Assembly (NCBI GenBank): GCA_965248645.1
Contig: OZ252113.1
Span: 155,522 to 219,521, forward strand
DNA length: 64,000 nt
From: Acidobacteriota bacterium
Lineage (GTDB): Bacteria > Acidobacteriota > UBA6911 > RPQK01 > G965248645
Reading direction: 5' to 3'
In this document: piece after piece, positions 41,572 through 51,084 of the stretch
Layout: every line of letters starts with the position of its first letter
Numbering within the stretch: position 1 is the stretch's first letter
Position numbers and translations under genes: made by a program
The notes under the pieces: model-generated
The model's database searches: none
Seen by the model: the letters and a program-made list of their open reading frames with translations, nothing else
Told to the model about the DNA's origin: nothing

Positions 41572-42681
41572 ATGCATCAATACCGGCCCGAGAAAATTTA
41601 TTTAGAACGCTCGGTCGAAAGCTCACCGATCACTCGCAATGTGCTGCAACACCTGCCCCACACCCCAGTGGAAAGAGTCGAATCCATGGAAAGTCTGCTC
41701 AACAGTTCCAAAACCTGGAATCCAACTATCGCGAGTGCAAAAAAAAACCTAGTCTTGGCCAGACAGAAAGGACATTTTTTCAAGCCTTGCCCAGGCCGTC
41801 AGGTGCGGGGAGGAAACTCGAACGTGTGCTGCAACTACCATGTGCTGAATATCGCCACCAACTGTCATATGGAGTGTAGCTATTGCTACCTACAGTCCTA
41901 TCTTAACCTCCCATATATAAAGGTTTATGCTAATTATGGAGACTTGTTGAGTGAGCTGCAAAAAGTCTTGACCCGACATTCCGGGGCCTTTTTTCGTATC
42001 GGTACTGGAGAGTTGGCCGACAGCTTGGCCTTGGATCCGCTAACCGCTTACAGTGTTCCCCTGGTCCAGTTCTTCGCCAAGCAGAAAAATGCTGTGTTGG
42101 AACTCAAGACCAAGTCCAACTGCGTTGACAATCTCCTGGGTCTTCACCACGGGGGAAAGACCGTGGTGTCCTGGTCGATCAATCCTCGTTTTATTCAGGA
42201 GCACGAGGAGCACAAGACTGCCACGATTGAGGACCGTCTGGAGGCAGCAGAACGGTGTGTAGCCGCTGGCTATCCGGTGGCCTTTCATCTTGATCCTCTG
42301 ATTTTCTACGCAGCTTGGGAACAGGACTATCGCGACCTGATCAAAGAAATCTTTTCGCGAATTCCAGAGAAGTCAATCTCCTGGATATCAACGGGTAGCT
42401 TGCGTATGAGCTCTAAGCTGAAAGAAATCATGCGCTCCCGCTTTCCCCACAGCTTCCTGCCTTTTGGAGAATTGATCCCTAACCCAGATGGCAAGATGCG
42501 TTACTTCAAACCGATCCGCATCCAATTGTACCGTAAGGTGTTGGAGTGGATTCGAGAGGAGAGCTCAAAAACGCCGGTTTATCTGTGCATGGAGAGAGCC
42601 GACGTGTGGAGTAAGCTGTTTGGTGATCCAGCACCGGACGAAAGATCATTAGGAGATTCGCTTATCGAAGTTCTCCGCTGA
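41572..42681 (+). CDS. spore-photoproduct-lyase-like radical SAM enzyme
   Basis: 'ATNCHMECSYCYLQ' (CxxxCxxC radical SAM cluster motif in SplB context); 'SWSINPRF...RLEAAERCVAAGYPVAFHLDPLIF' parallels B. subtilis SplB. Confidence 0.8.
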   Translation: MHQYRPEKIYLERSVESSPITRNVLQHLPHTPVERVESMESLLNSSKTWNPTIASAKKNLVLARQKGHFFKPCPGRQVRGGNSNVCCNYHVLNIATNCHMECSYCYLQSYLNLPYIKVYANYGDLLSELQKVLTRHSGAFFRIGTGELADSLALDPLTAYSVPLVQFFAKQKNAVLELKTKSNCVDNLLGLHHGGKTVVSWSINPRFIQEHEEHKTATIEDRLEAAERCVAAGYPVAFHLDPLIFYAAWEQDYRDLIKEIFSRIPEKSISWISTGSLRMSSKLKEIMRSRFPHSFLPFGELIPNPDGKMRYFKPIRIQLYRKVLEWIREESSKTPVYLCMERADVWSKLFGDPAPDERSLGDSLIEVLR

Positions 42682-42900
42682 GGGATGTCTTCACCAGGGG
42701 AGCCACCTGGTTGAGAGAAAAAGCCTATTGCTCTGTGGCTGCGTGTCTGGCGATTTCTCCCCCCCAAGCAGTGTGGTTACCAGATTGTAGGTGTTTGGCT
42801 CTCGATCCATGGGTTCGATGGTTCAGTGATCACCAGTGATCATGAGAGCGTCTTGATCAAGGTCGAGCCGTTGAACGAGTTGCAGGAGAAAGCAGTCTAG

Positions 42901-43401
42901 CTATTTCAACAGTTCAAAGGCCACCGGGAAACCGCCTCGATGGTAGACGAGGTCCGTTAAAAAGCATTCGTAGAAGGAACGATCGCATTCTTGGGAATGA
43001 GTTACCAGTAATCTTGCTGCTTTCTCAGGAGTGTGCAACGGAATCTCGAACCCCCACTTTCGCAAGAGTTGGTTGCTGAAGTCCATGAACAGTGATCGTC
43101 CTGGAGGAGACCGAGCAGTTTCTGCAGTTCTACCGTAGCGCTCTCGCACATGGCGGTGCTCACAGAAATTCACCGAGGGTACTGCTCGAAGAATCCAGGG
43201 GTGTAGGTATTGGAAAAGCCGACTGTCAACCTCTTGGACATTAGTTACCGTAACAGAGAGTGTTCTCGAATGGCAGTTTTCAGAGAACGGTTGGGCATCC
43301 TTGTAGGTGGCGATTGAAAAGGGCCGTAGCGTTGATTGTCGTGAGTAGGCTTGTCTGCCTGGTAGCACTTTGGGGCAGACAACCGAACCCCAAGCACGCA
43401 T
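42901..43401 (-). CDS. hypothetical protein
   Basis: ORF only; no recognisable motifs; may be shorter or spurious. Confidence 0.3.
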   Translation of the reverse strand: MRAWGSVVCPKVLPGRQAYSRQSTLRPFSIATYKDAQPFSENCHSRTLSVTVTNVQEVDSRLFQYLHPWILRAVPSVNFCEHRHVRERYGRTAETARSPPGRSLFMDFSNQLLRKWGFEIPLHTPEKAARLLVTHSQECDRSFYECFLTDLVYHRGGFPVAFELLK

Positions 43402-43671
43402 CGGTTACCAGACAGCAGCAGCTCCGGAGAAAAGGCCCAATTGTTTCCGGGAAAACGCACAAAACCGGCGGCTCGAAGGCCGCCAGTAGGTTTATCCGAA
43501 GGATTACACTGGTCAATTCCCAATCCATTGATCAAGATCAGTAGAAGGGAACATTTCTGGATTCCTTCCTAAATCGAGCAACTTCCCTCAACCTTGGACT
43601 TCAGTGGGCTAATGGCGACCGAGACGGAAATTAGGGACGTGGACATAGGGCCGTGTCTCACAAGCGATGGC

Positions 43672-44001
43672 TCAAAGAAATCGGAAACCATGAATCGATA
43701 TCTCGGCATTATTTGCACTCCAGCCCTTAGGAATCTTCTGGACATACAAGGTAAACCCGCGCTTTTCCAGGGGCCTAATCGGAGATGTATAAGTCCCTGG
43801 TCCAGGACGAATAGGGATACGAGCGGTTTGCCACACTGGTTGAGCGTGATCAAACAAAACCAATTTTACCTCTACGACGTCTAAAGTTTTCTCCCCCTTG
43901 TTTTCTATCATTCCCGAGATCATGATCATCTGGTTGCCGGCGAAATTTTTCCCCATTTGGATCTTGGGATTACTCAGCCCCACATATTTATAGTACCACA
44001 T
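43672..44001 (-). CDS. hypothetical beta-rich domain protein (possible C-terminal part of the same gene as 43988-44182)
   Basis: ORF; architecture TM plus ~100-aa extracytoplasmic domain if joined. Confidence 0.3.
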   Translation of the reverse strand: MWYYKYVGLSNPKIQMGKNFAGNQMIMISGMIENKGEKTLDVVEVKLVLFDHAQPVWQTARIPIRPGPGTYTSPIRPLEKRGFTLYVQKIPKGWSANNAEISIHGFRFL

Positions 44002-44182
44002 GGTAATCTGGGTCGGGACTTCGTAAGATGCCGTCTAGAAACTCTTTTGTGGCTGTTCTGGGTTGATAGAAGTGAACGCCGAGAGCTCCCAGGATCAGGC
44101 AGGTAATACTTACCATGAGCAAAATCTTCCAAAAGAGTGGAGTCTGTCGCTCGATTTCCAGCTCAAACATTGGATCGATCAA
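43988..44182 (-). CDS. small membrane protein (single TM); possibly the N-terminal part of a frameshifted gene continuing in 43672-44001
   Basis: TM helix 'LFWKILLMVSITCLILGALGV'; ~45 nt where two frames are simultaneously open at the junction with the next ORF. Confidence 0.3.
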   Translation of the reverse strand: MIDPMFELEIERQTPLFWKILLMVSITCLILGALGVHFYQPRTATKEFLDGILRSPDPDYHVVL

Positions 44183-44215
44183 CTTTGCCTGTTCGGTCAG
44201 CCGGCAAATGCACCT

Positions 44216-45037
44216 TCACGGAAGCATCATGAAATGCGCTCGGCGGTTAAGAGCCCAAGCCTTCTCTGTCTGACTTGAATCAAAGGGGCGTTCTTCACCC
44301 AACGAGACAATGCTAATGCGAGACGGGTCAATCCCATTCGCGATTAGATATGCTCTTACCGTTTGAGCTCTTTTGTCCCCTAGGGCCAAGTTATATTCTT
44401 CGGTACCGCGCTCGTCACAGTAGCCTTGGATCAGAAATTTTAGGCCCATATTTTCTGGCCGGTTCAACCAGAGGATATTGGCATGCAGGGTGCGTCCGGC
44501 TTCTGGACCTAGCTCTGCATTGTCGAACTCGAAGAATACGGGCTTTACCAGGAGATGAAACTGTTCGCTGAATGATCTATGGTTCTGCTCTTGATCGGGC
44601 AGTTGAGTGACCTTGAGCTCGAGCACCTTCACGGTAACGGTCTGTTCTATCTTCCCTCCGACCCCCTCAGCTACAATACGATAGGTGGTGGTTTGCTCTG
44701 GGAAGAACTTGATTTTACCCGAATTTTCCACCTGGCCGATCCGATGATCAATTTGCACTAGATCAGCATGTTTGCTTTCCCAAACCAGCAGGGAGGATTC
44801 CCCCTTTTGAATTACAGCCGGTTCGATTTGTACCTCAAGCTGGGGAGGGAGTGGAGCGCTGTCTTTGGAAACCGTGACCGGCTCCAGTGCTTCTTGAGAA
44901 GTTGGGGGAGCAGGGGCAAGGGGAGGTGGTCTACGCCCACACCCCACAAAGCTCACAGCTGCCAAACTCGCCCAAAGCACGAGGCAGATTTCAGCAGCAG
45001 GCACCAGCGACGTAGGTCCTCTTTCCGAGTGCTCCAA
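44216..45037 (-). CDS. OmpA-family lipoprotein (Pal-like: lipobox, beta-sandwich middle domain, OmpA_C peptidoglycan-binding domain)
   Basis: Lipobox 'SFVGC'; C-terminal 'FDNAELGPEAGRTLHANILWL...GYCDERGTEEYNLALGDKRAQTVRAYL' OmpA_C motif. Confidence 0.8.
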   Translation of the reverse strand: MEHSERGPTSLVPAAEICLVLWASLAAVSFVGCGRRPPPLAPAPPTSQEALEPVTVSKDSAPLPPQLEVQIEPAVIQKGESSLLVWESKHADLVQIDHRIGQVENSGKIKFFPEQTTTYRIVAEGVGGKIEQTVTVKVLELKVTQLPDQEQNHRSFSEQFHLLVKPVFFEFDNAELGPEAGRTLHANILWLNRPENMGLKFLIQGYCDERGTEEYNLALGDKRAQTVRAYLIANGIDPSRISIVSLGEERPFDSSQTEKAWALNRRAHFMMLP

Positions 45038-45058
45038 TTGGTTTTCAGCGTAGTCGGT

Positions 45059-46336
45059 TCATCCTAATTTTGTGTTAGTTGGTCCGACAACGATGGTGGT
45101 GCAGTTTATCGCATCCAGATACTTCTCGGCAACTCGCTTCACCTCTCCACAGCTGATACCGCGAATCGTCTCCGGGTATTCAGCTAGGTAATCCGTGCCC
45201 AACTTGAATAGTTCTGTGTTCAGCAGGAAGTGGGCGATCCCGACATAAGTTTGAAAATCGAAGACGAAATTTCCGGTAAGGAACTCTTGAGCGGTAATCA
45301 GTTCCTCTTTCGTTACTCCATCTTCGATCACGCTTTCAATTTCTCGCAAAATGCTTGTCAGGGCCTTGGTTCCGTTTTCGGGTGAGGTGCTAGCATAAGC
45401 GACGAAGCGACCCGGATAGATTCCACTCGAGGCGGTAATATCGCTGTAAGCGGCGTAAGCAAGTCCCTGCTCATCTCGCAATTTTCGTGGAATACGACTG
45501 GTCAACCCGGGTCCACTACCCAAGATCACATCCAAGATCTGCAGTGCGTAGAAGTCGGGGTTGTGCCTAGAGATACCCAAGTGTCCCACAAGGATCACGA
45601 GCTGTTCTTTTGCCATGAATTGTTGGTCTAAAATAGGCTCGCTCTGTCTTTGCAAGGTAGGAAGTACAGTGCGCCGGAAGTCTGGATTTTTCCAGGACGA
45701 GAAGTTCTCGTTGACCGAGGCCATCACGCTGGACCAGTCTGCAGCTCCAACGACTACTAAGATGGTGTTTTCGGGTGCATACTTTTGCCGGTGAAACTCG
45801 AACAGATCCTCGAGCTTAAGGCCTTGGAGACTTTCTTCGGTTCCCAGAATAGGATGCTGCAAAGGCCCATCCCGGTAGATCCATCGGTCGAACTGATTGC
45901 TGGCCACTATGAACGGATCGTCCGCCAGTGCTTGAATGTGGTTGATCACCTTATCTTTTTGCAACTCGAAAAGATCCTGGGAAAAGCGGGGGGAACAGAT
46001 CATTTCTTTCATAAGATCCAGTCCAACCCTGCAGTCCTCCTCTCTCAGCTGGAGAGAAATCCCGCTCAGAGCACTGTGGCTGAAGGAGGACAAGTTGCCT
46101 CCCGCAATTTCAACTAACTCCGCAATCTGGCGGGCATTGTAGTTTCTCGTTCCCTCGTCAAGTAGATGGGAGGTCAGCGCTCCCAGCCCCGGGCGGCTGA
46201 GAGGATTTTGATCGGAACCAGCCAGCACAAAAGCATTAAGGGACAGTAGGGGGAGGCGTTGCTGATCGGAGAAGAAAAGGATCAGTCCGTTGTCTAGTTG
46301 CTGCCGCTCAAAGGGAACTGAGATGGGTCTTTTCAT
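45059..46336 (-). CDS. M16-family peptidase (partner/beta-type subunit)
   Basis: Peptidase_M16 / M16_C fold features; overlaps the upstream M16 gene (operon pair). Confidence 0.75.
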   Translation of the reverse strand: MKRPISVPFERQQLDNGLILFFSDQQRLPLLSLNAFVLAGSDQNPLSRPGLGALTSHLLDEGTRNYNARQIAELVEIAGGNLSSFSHSALSGISLQLREEDCRVGLDLMKEMICSPRFSQDLFELQKDKVINHIQALADDPFIVASNQFDRWIYRDGPLQHPILGTEESLQGLKLEDLFEFHRQKYAPENTILVVVGAADWSSVMASVNENFSSWKNPDFRRTVLPTLQRQSEPILDQQFMAKEQLVILVGHLGISRHNPDFYALQILDVILGSGPGLTSRIPRKLRDEQGLAYAAYSDITASSGIYPGRFVAYASTSPENGTKALTSILREIESVIEDGVTKEELITAQEFLTGNFVFDFQTYVGIAHFLLNTELFKLGTDYLAEYPETIRGISCGEVKRVAEKYLDAINCTTIVVGPTNTKLG

Positions 46337-47582
46337 CGGATAGGAGCCCGATCGTCGCATGATCCGGAGACAAGTATTGGGCGGCCACTGTTCTCACTTT
46401 TTCAGGAGTCAAAAGCTCAATTCTCTCCTGGTACGTATTCCAATATTCAAACCGATCGAAGACTTCCATCAAACCCAACTGAAAGGCCTGATCCCCAGTG
46501 GTCTCGAGGCTACTGAGAAAGGCGGTAATGCACTGGTTTTTTGCGCGTTTCAACTCATTAAGCGGGAGTAAAGTCTGGTGCAGCTGGGCTATCTCATCGA
46601 AGACGATCGCTTCGGCCTCTTCGGGCTGGACACCCTCTAGAAGTTCCAAACGGACCAAAAACAGGGAAGGGTCAAAGGTTTCAGTGAACTCGGTTGTCGC
46701 CAGCGATGCAACCCGTTCCCTCTCTATCAAGCGCTGGTAAAAGCGAGACAGCTTGCCTTCGGACAAGAGGTTGTCCAGAAGCTGCATAGCGTAGTGGGCT
46801 GACTGGCGCACTGAAGGTGCCGGAAAAGCAATAATTATTCGAGTTACCTTGGTAGGTCGGTTCAGATGTACTCTGGTCCGTTCTTGTGGGCGTGACTCTC
46901 CGAGAGTGGCTAGTTGAGGAACCTCTGTGCTTGAAATCGACTCAAAGAGTGTTTGGATGCGCTCCAGGACCTGTCCGCTATAAAAGTCTCCCACTACCAC
47001 CAAAACAGCGTTGTTGGGGGTATAAAAGCGACGATAATAATCAATGATCTGATCGGGGCCAATACGCACGAGATCTTCGTACTGGCCCATTACCGGAAAG
47101 CCATAAGGATGCTTTCCCATCGCGCTTGAGTACACTGCCTCTTGCAATGCTCCCCAAGGGTTATCTCGCTCCATCCTCATCTCCTCGATCACAACGTGCT
47201 TTTCCAGCTCAATCTCCACAAGGTCAAAATGGTTGTTCCTCATGCGATCCGCTTCCATCTCAAGTGCCGGCCGCCAACGCTGTGAGGAAAAACTGAACAA
47301 GTAGGTGGTATAATCGTGTGATGTAAAAGCATTGTTACTGCCGCCGCTGCGAGCGGTAATGTAGTCTATTTCGCCCTTGCCATAACGATCTGTGCCTTTG
47401 AATAACATATGCTCCAGTAAGTGAGAGATACCCGTTTGTCCAGGTTTCTCGAACCGTGAACCGACCCGATACCACATCATGGTTGTGACGACCGGGACGG
47501 TGTGGTCCTCACGCATTAAAATGGTGAGACCGTTTCTTAGGCGATTCCGCTTTGCATTCAGCAAAAAGCTTCTAACCTGCAT
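46308..47582 (-). CDS. M16-family zinc peptidase (active-type, HxxEH)
   Basis: 'HLLEHMLFKGT' inverted zinc-binding motif HxxEH. Confidence 0.85.
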   Translation of the reverse strand: MQVRSFLLNAKRNRLRNGLTILMREDHTVPVVTTMMWYRVGSRFEKPGQTGISHLLEHMLFKGTDRYGKGEIDYITARSGGSNNAFTSHDYTTYLFSFSSQRWRPALEMEADRMRNNHFDLVEIELEKHVVIEEMRMERDNPWGALQEAVYSSAMGKHPYGFPVMGQYEDLVRIGPDQIIDYYRRFYTPNNAVLVVVGDFYSGQVLERIQTLFESISSTEVPQLATLGESRPQERTRVHLNRPTKVTRIIIAFPAPSVRQSAHYAMQLLDNLLSEGKLSRFYQRLIERERVASLATTEFTETFDPSLFLVRLELLEGVQPEEAEAIVFDEIAQLHQTLLPLNELKRAKNQCITAFLSSLETTGDQAFQLGLMEVFDRFEYWNTYQERIELLTPEKVRTVAAQYLSPDHATIGLLSDEKTHLSSL

Positions 47583-47704
47583 GTGTCACACTGGATCGTA
47601 TCTGCAGTCGGAAAAGGTTGAACTTCATGGCTTGGTCGACTGGGCCTGTTTGGTTTTCGAAGCACTCGGTTCAATTAAACGTTCAGATCAATTAAGATAG
47701 ACAG

Positions 47705-49114
47705 ATGCCAGTGGTTGTGGGAGAGGCTCTTCGGTCCAGCCGATTGCAAATGCTACTCCTACTCTCTTTTATCATATCTGGGCGGGGTCAAGGAACCGGG
47801 ATCGCTGAACTCATTGCCTTACCGGATATGCACAGACAGTCTCTACTGAATGGCATGGAAATACTGTTTCTTCCCACTAATCAGTCACGGGTTCCTTTCG
47901 TTCTGATGATTCGAAATGGGGCTGCTTTCGACCCTATTAACAAATGGGGAGTTACCTTCTTGATGACCACGATGATGCTGCAGGAGACCCGAGAGCAAGG
48001 TTCAAGTGGCGTTCGGAACAGACTCCAGCAGCTGGGGGCCAAATTGAACCTCCGAGTGGAGTGGGACGCCCTGTTTCTCTCCGGAAGCGTAGCGGTGGAG
48101 CATCTAGCGGAAACCTTAAACATACTTGCTCAGATGGTGGTGCGGCCCAAATTTAAAGAGAAGCATTTTCAGATTCTGCGAGTTCGACTGGTGGAACAGG
48201 TGAATCGGGAGAGTCAGGCGATCGACGCTTTCACCAGACAGTTGTTTCTATTCGAACTTTTCAAGGGGAATCCCTATATGCATTCGGTTAAAGGAACCGC
48301 AGATACTCTCCAAAATCTGCACCTATCCGACGTCAAGATCCAGCATCGCAAATTGGTTATCCCAAATGAGACTCAATTGGCGATGTATTACTCTGGAGAT
48401 CGTCAAGAGCTTTTTAGGACATTGAGTCGGCGTTGGGGCGGATGGGTTAAGAAAATTCCGGTCCCTTTCACTTTCCAAAGCGCTGAAAGGCCCTCCAAAC
48501 CTCGTATTGTTTTGGTCGATCATCATTCTCAGAGGGGCCTCTTTCGCTGGGGGACAATTAGTGTTTCTGAAGGGGATCAGGACTACTATCCCCTCAAGAT
48601 CTTTGAACAGTATATCACCCTCTGTTTCCCTGACTGGGCTCGGGAGGTAGCGGCTGACAACTACATCCGGGCCGTTGCCCAGGTCAGGGCTAGTAAGATG
48701 CCCGACCGCATCGAAGTCAGCATTCAGGCGCCATCCCACCAGTTGGTACCCTATTTTCGAAGATTTTTAAGGACGGTTGAAGAACTGAGGCATGGCCGGA
48801 TTGACCTGTCGAAATTCAAGGAAGCCAAACAGCTCATTGTTCTCGAGTTTAAGGAGTCATTTCAAGATCCGGTTTCCCAGCTCGGTCAATTGCTAAGGGC
48901 CAATCTCTACAGCCTCGGCATGAGCTACATCAGCAACTACGGACTCCGTCTTGCGCGGGTCAGCCCCCAAGTCTTTCAATCCTCGCTCGAGAAATATCTT
49001 ACTTCCCAGGCTTTTCTAATGGTAATCGCCGGGCCTGCTGGCGAGCTGAAGCCGGAATTGGAGCAGTTAGGCCGAGTGGAGACCCGTACCGGTCTTCGTC
49101 CATTCTTGAATTAG
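47705..49114 (+). CDS. M16-like protein lacking the HxxEH motif (probably non-catalytic), signal peptide
   Basis: M16-like length and repeats; no HxxEH; N-terminal hydrophobic segment. Confidence 0.55.
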   Translation: MPVVVGEALRSSRLQMLLLLSFIISGRGQGTGIAELIALPDMHRQSLLNGMEILFLPTNQSRVPFVLMIRNGAAFDPINKWGVTFLMTTMMLQETREQGSSGVRNRLQQLGAKLNLRVEWDALFLSGSVAVEHLAETLNILAQMVVRPKFKEKHFQILRVRLVEQVNRESQAIDAFTRQLFLFELFKGNPYMHSVKGTADTLQNLHLSDVKIQHRKLVIPNETQLAMYYSGDRQELFRTLSRRWGGWVKKIPVPFTFQSAERPSKPRIVLVDHHSQRGLFRWGTISVSEGDQDYYPLKIFEQYITLCFPDWAREVAADNYIRAVAQVRASKMPDRIEVSIQAPSHQLVPYFRRFLRTVEELRHGRIDLSKFKEAKQLIVLEFKESFQDPVSQLGQLLRANLYSLGMSYISNYGLRLARVSPQVFQSSLEKYLTSQAFLMVIAGPAGELKPELEQLGRVETRTGLRPFLN

Positions 49115-49158
49115 GCTCGTCTATCGAGTATAATTCCTTCATATTGCTCAGCTAGACG

Positions 49159-49180
49159 GTGGGCCTATGCCCACTTTTTT
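49159..49180 (+). terminator. rho-independent terminator (gtgggc-ctat-gcccac followed by T6)
   Basis: Hairpin plus 'tttttt' read directly; downstream of the M16-like gene. Confidence 0.6.
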
Positions 49181-49197
49181 ATTTTTAGGGTAAAAGT

Positions 49198-49653
49198 ATG
49201 GATGTGACGACTCAGGCCGAGCATCTGGTGCGCGAGGTGGTGGAGAACGAAGGTTGTGAGCTCATCCATATTGAGTTTAAGCCCAGGGGGACTTCGTCGA
49301 AATTAAGAATTTATATTGACAAGGCTGGGGGAGTTAACCTGGAAGAATGCCAAAGGGTTAGTCAACATGTAGGTGTGGTACTAGATGTAGAGGATCTGGT
49401 TTCTCATCCATATGTTCTGGAGGTGTCCTCACCAGGCATAGAACGCCCCCTTTTTAAAGAGACCGACTATCAGCACTTCGCGGGTCGCCAGATCCGACTC
49501 ACTACTGTGCACAAGATCCAGGGCCGGAGGACTTTTAATGGTTTTATTCAGAAGACCTCAGGCGGGATGGTTCACCTAGAGTGTAGTCAGGAAACAGTCA
49601 GTATTCCGCTGAAGAAGATCAGCAAAGCGAACCTGGTTTTCCGCTTCAGATAG
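49198..49653 (+). CDS. rimP: ribosome maturation factor RimP
   Basis: Conserved position upstream of nusA; 'VSSPGIERPL' RimP motif. Confidence 0.85.
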   Translation: MDVTTQAEHLVREVVENEGCELIHIEFKPRGTSSKLRIYIDKAGGVNLEECQRVSQHVGVVLDVEDLVSHPYVLEVSSPGIERPLFKETDYQHFAGRQIRLTTVHKIQGRRTFNGFIQKTSGGMVHLECSQETVSIPLKKISKANLVFRFR

Positions 49654-49707
49654 TGGGTCGTTGATTGAAGCAACTCGTCATTCTGCAAGTAACGAGGTTA
49701 GTTAATA

Positions 49708-51063
49708 ATGGCTAGCATGTTGAGCCAAACCATCGAACAGATTAGTCGTGAGAAAGGTATTGATTCCGAAATCATCCAACATGCTTTGGAAGATGCGATG
49801 GTGGCAGCGGCAAAGAAGTATTTTAGGACTGATGAAGATTTACAGGCTCGATACGACCCGGAAACGGACACCATCGATGTTTTTGCAGTCAAGCGAATCA
49901 TGGAGGCGGTCAGTGAAGAAGCGACAGAAATGTCGCTCGAGGAGGCGCTAGGCATCGATGAGACGTTCGAGGTTGGTGACTATATTGAAATTCCAAAGCC
50001 TACGGTGGAGCTAGGTAGAATCGCTGCCCAAACCGCAAAGCAGGTCATTTTTCAAAAGGTCCGGGAAGCGGAAAGGGAGATGGTGTTTGAAGAGTACTCT
50101 GGTCAGATAGGTCAGCTGGTTAACGGAATTATTCGCCGCTTTGAAGGGCATGATGTTGTTTTGGATATTGGCAGGACGGAGGCCGTTCTTCCCTACAGTG
50201 ATCAGTCTCGAAACGAGGAGTACAAGGTGAGGGATCGGATTAGAGCGGTTGTTGTCAAGGTTCATCGTCTATCAAGAGGTCCCCAGATTGTGGTTTCAAG
50301 GACTGATCCGAGTCTGTTAGTACGTCTGTTTGAGATGGAGATCCCTGAGGTCTACGATAGCACAGTAGTGATCAAGAATGTGGTCCGTGAAGGAGGGGAA
50401 CGGGCGAAGGTGGCTGTCGCCAGTCGGGAAGAAAACGTCGATCCAGTAGGATCTTGCGTGGGTATGAAAGGGAGTCGCATTAATGCAGTCATTCGCGAGT
50501 TACGGAATGAGAGAATCGATATCATTCAGTATGCAGATGACATTATTGAATACACGATGAATGCTTTAAAACCGGCGAAAATTTCAAAGGTGCTCATTGC
50601 CGATCCGGTCACAAAACTTCTTGAAGTTATTGTTCCTGAAGATCAGCTTTCCCTGGCGATCGGAAAGAAGGGGCAAAATGTTCGCCTGGCTTCCAAGTTA
50701 TTGGGTTGGCAGATTGACATCAAGAGTGAAGAAGAGAAAAAGCAGGAGATTCTCATCCAAATGGAGCAGCTTTCTGTTCCTGCTGAGGCAGAGAATCTGT
50801 CTCGACTGGGGGGAGTGGGAGAGAAAATGGAAATCCGGTTGGAAGAAGCGGGCATTCGGTCTATCCAAGCTTTAGCTTCAAAGTCGATTGAGGATCTGAC
50901 GGAGATCCCCAGCATTGGCCGGAAGACCGCGGAGAATTTGATTGAGGCAGCTAGCACGTTTCTCGCCTCCGAGCCAACAGAAGAGGCGAGAGAGCTAATA
51001 CTCAACAGGCTTGCCCCTAAGATCAAGGAAGCTCAAGCATCACGACCAGCTGTGGAAAGCTAG
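49708..51063 (+). CDS. nusA: transcription termination/antitermination factor NusA
   Basis: S1 and KH domains ('GSCVGMKGSRINAVIRELRNERIDII'). Confidence 0.95.
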   Translation: MASMLSQTIEQISREKGIDSEIIQHALEDAMVAAAKKYFRTDEDLQARYDPETDTIDVFAVKRIMEAVSEEATEMSLEEALGIDETFEVGDYIEIPKPTVELGRIAAQTAKQVIFQKVREAEREMVFEEYSGQIGQLVNGIIRRFEGHDVVLDIGRTEAVLPYSDQSRNEEYKVRDRIRAVVVKVHRLSRGPQIVVSRTDPSLLVRLFEMEIPEVYDSTVVIKNVVREGGERAKVAVASREENVDPVGSCVGMKGSRINAVIRELRNERIDIIQYADDIIEYTMNALKPAKISKVLIADPVTKLLEVIVPEDQLSLAIGKKGQNVRLASKLLGWQIDIKSEEEKKQEILIQMEQLSVPAEAENLSRLGGVGEKMEIRLEEAGIRSIQALASKSIEDLTEIPSIGRKTAENLIEAASTFLASEPTEEARELILNRLAPKIKEAQASRPAVES

Positions 51064-51084
51064 AAAAGAGGTTGATCGCGAAAA

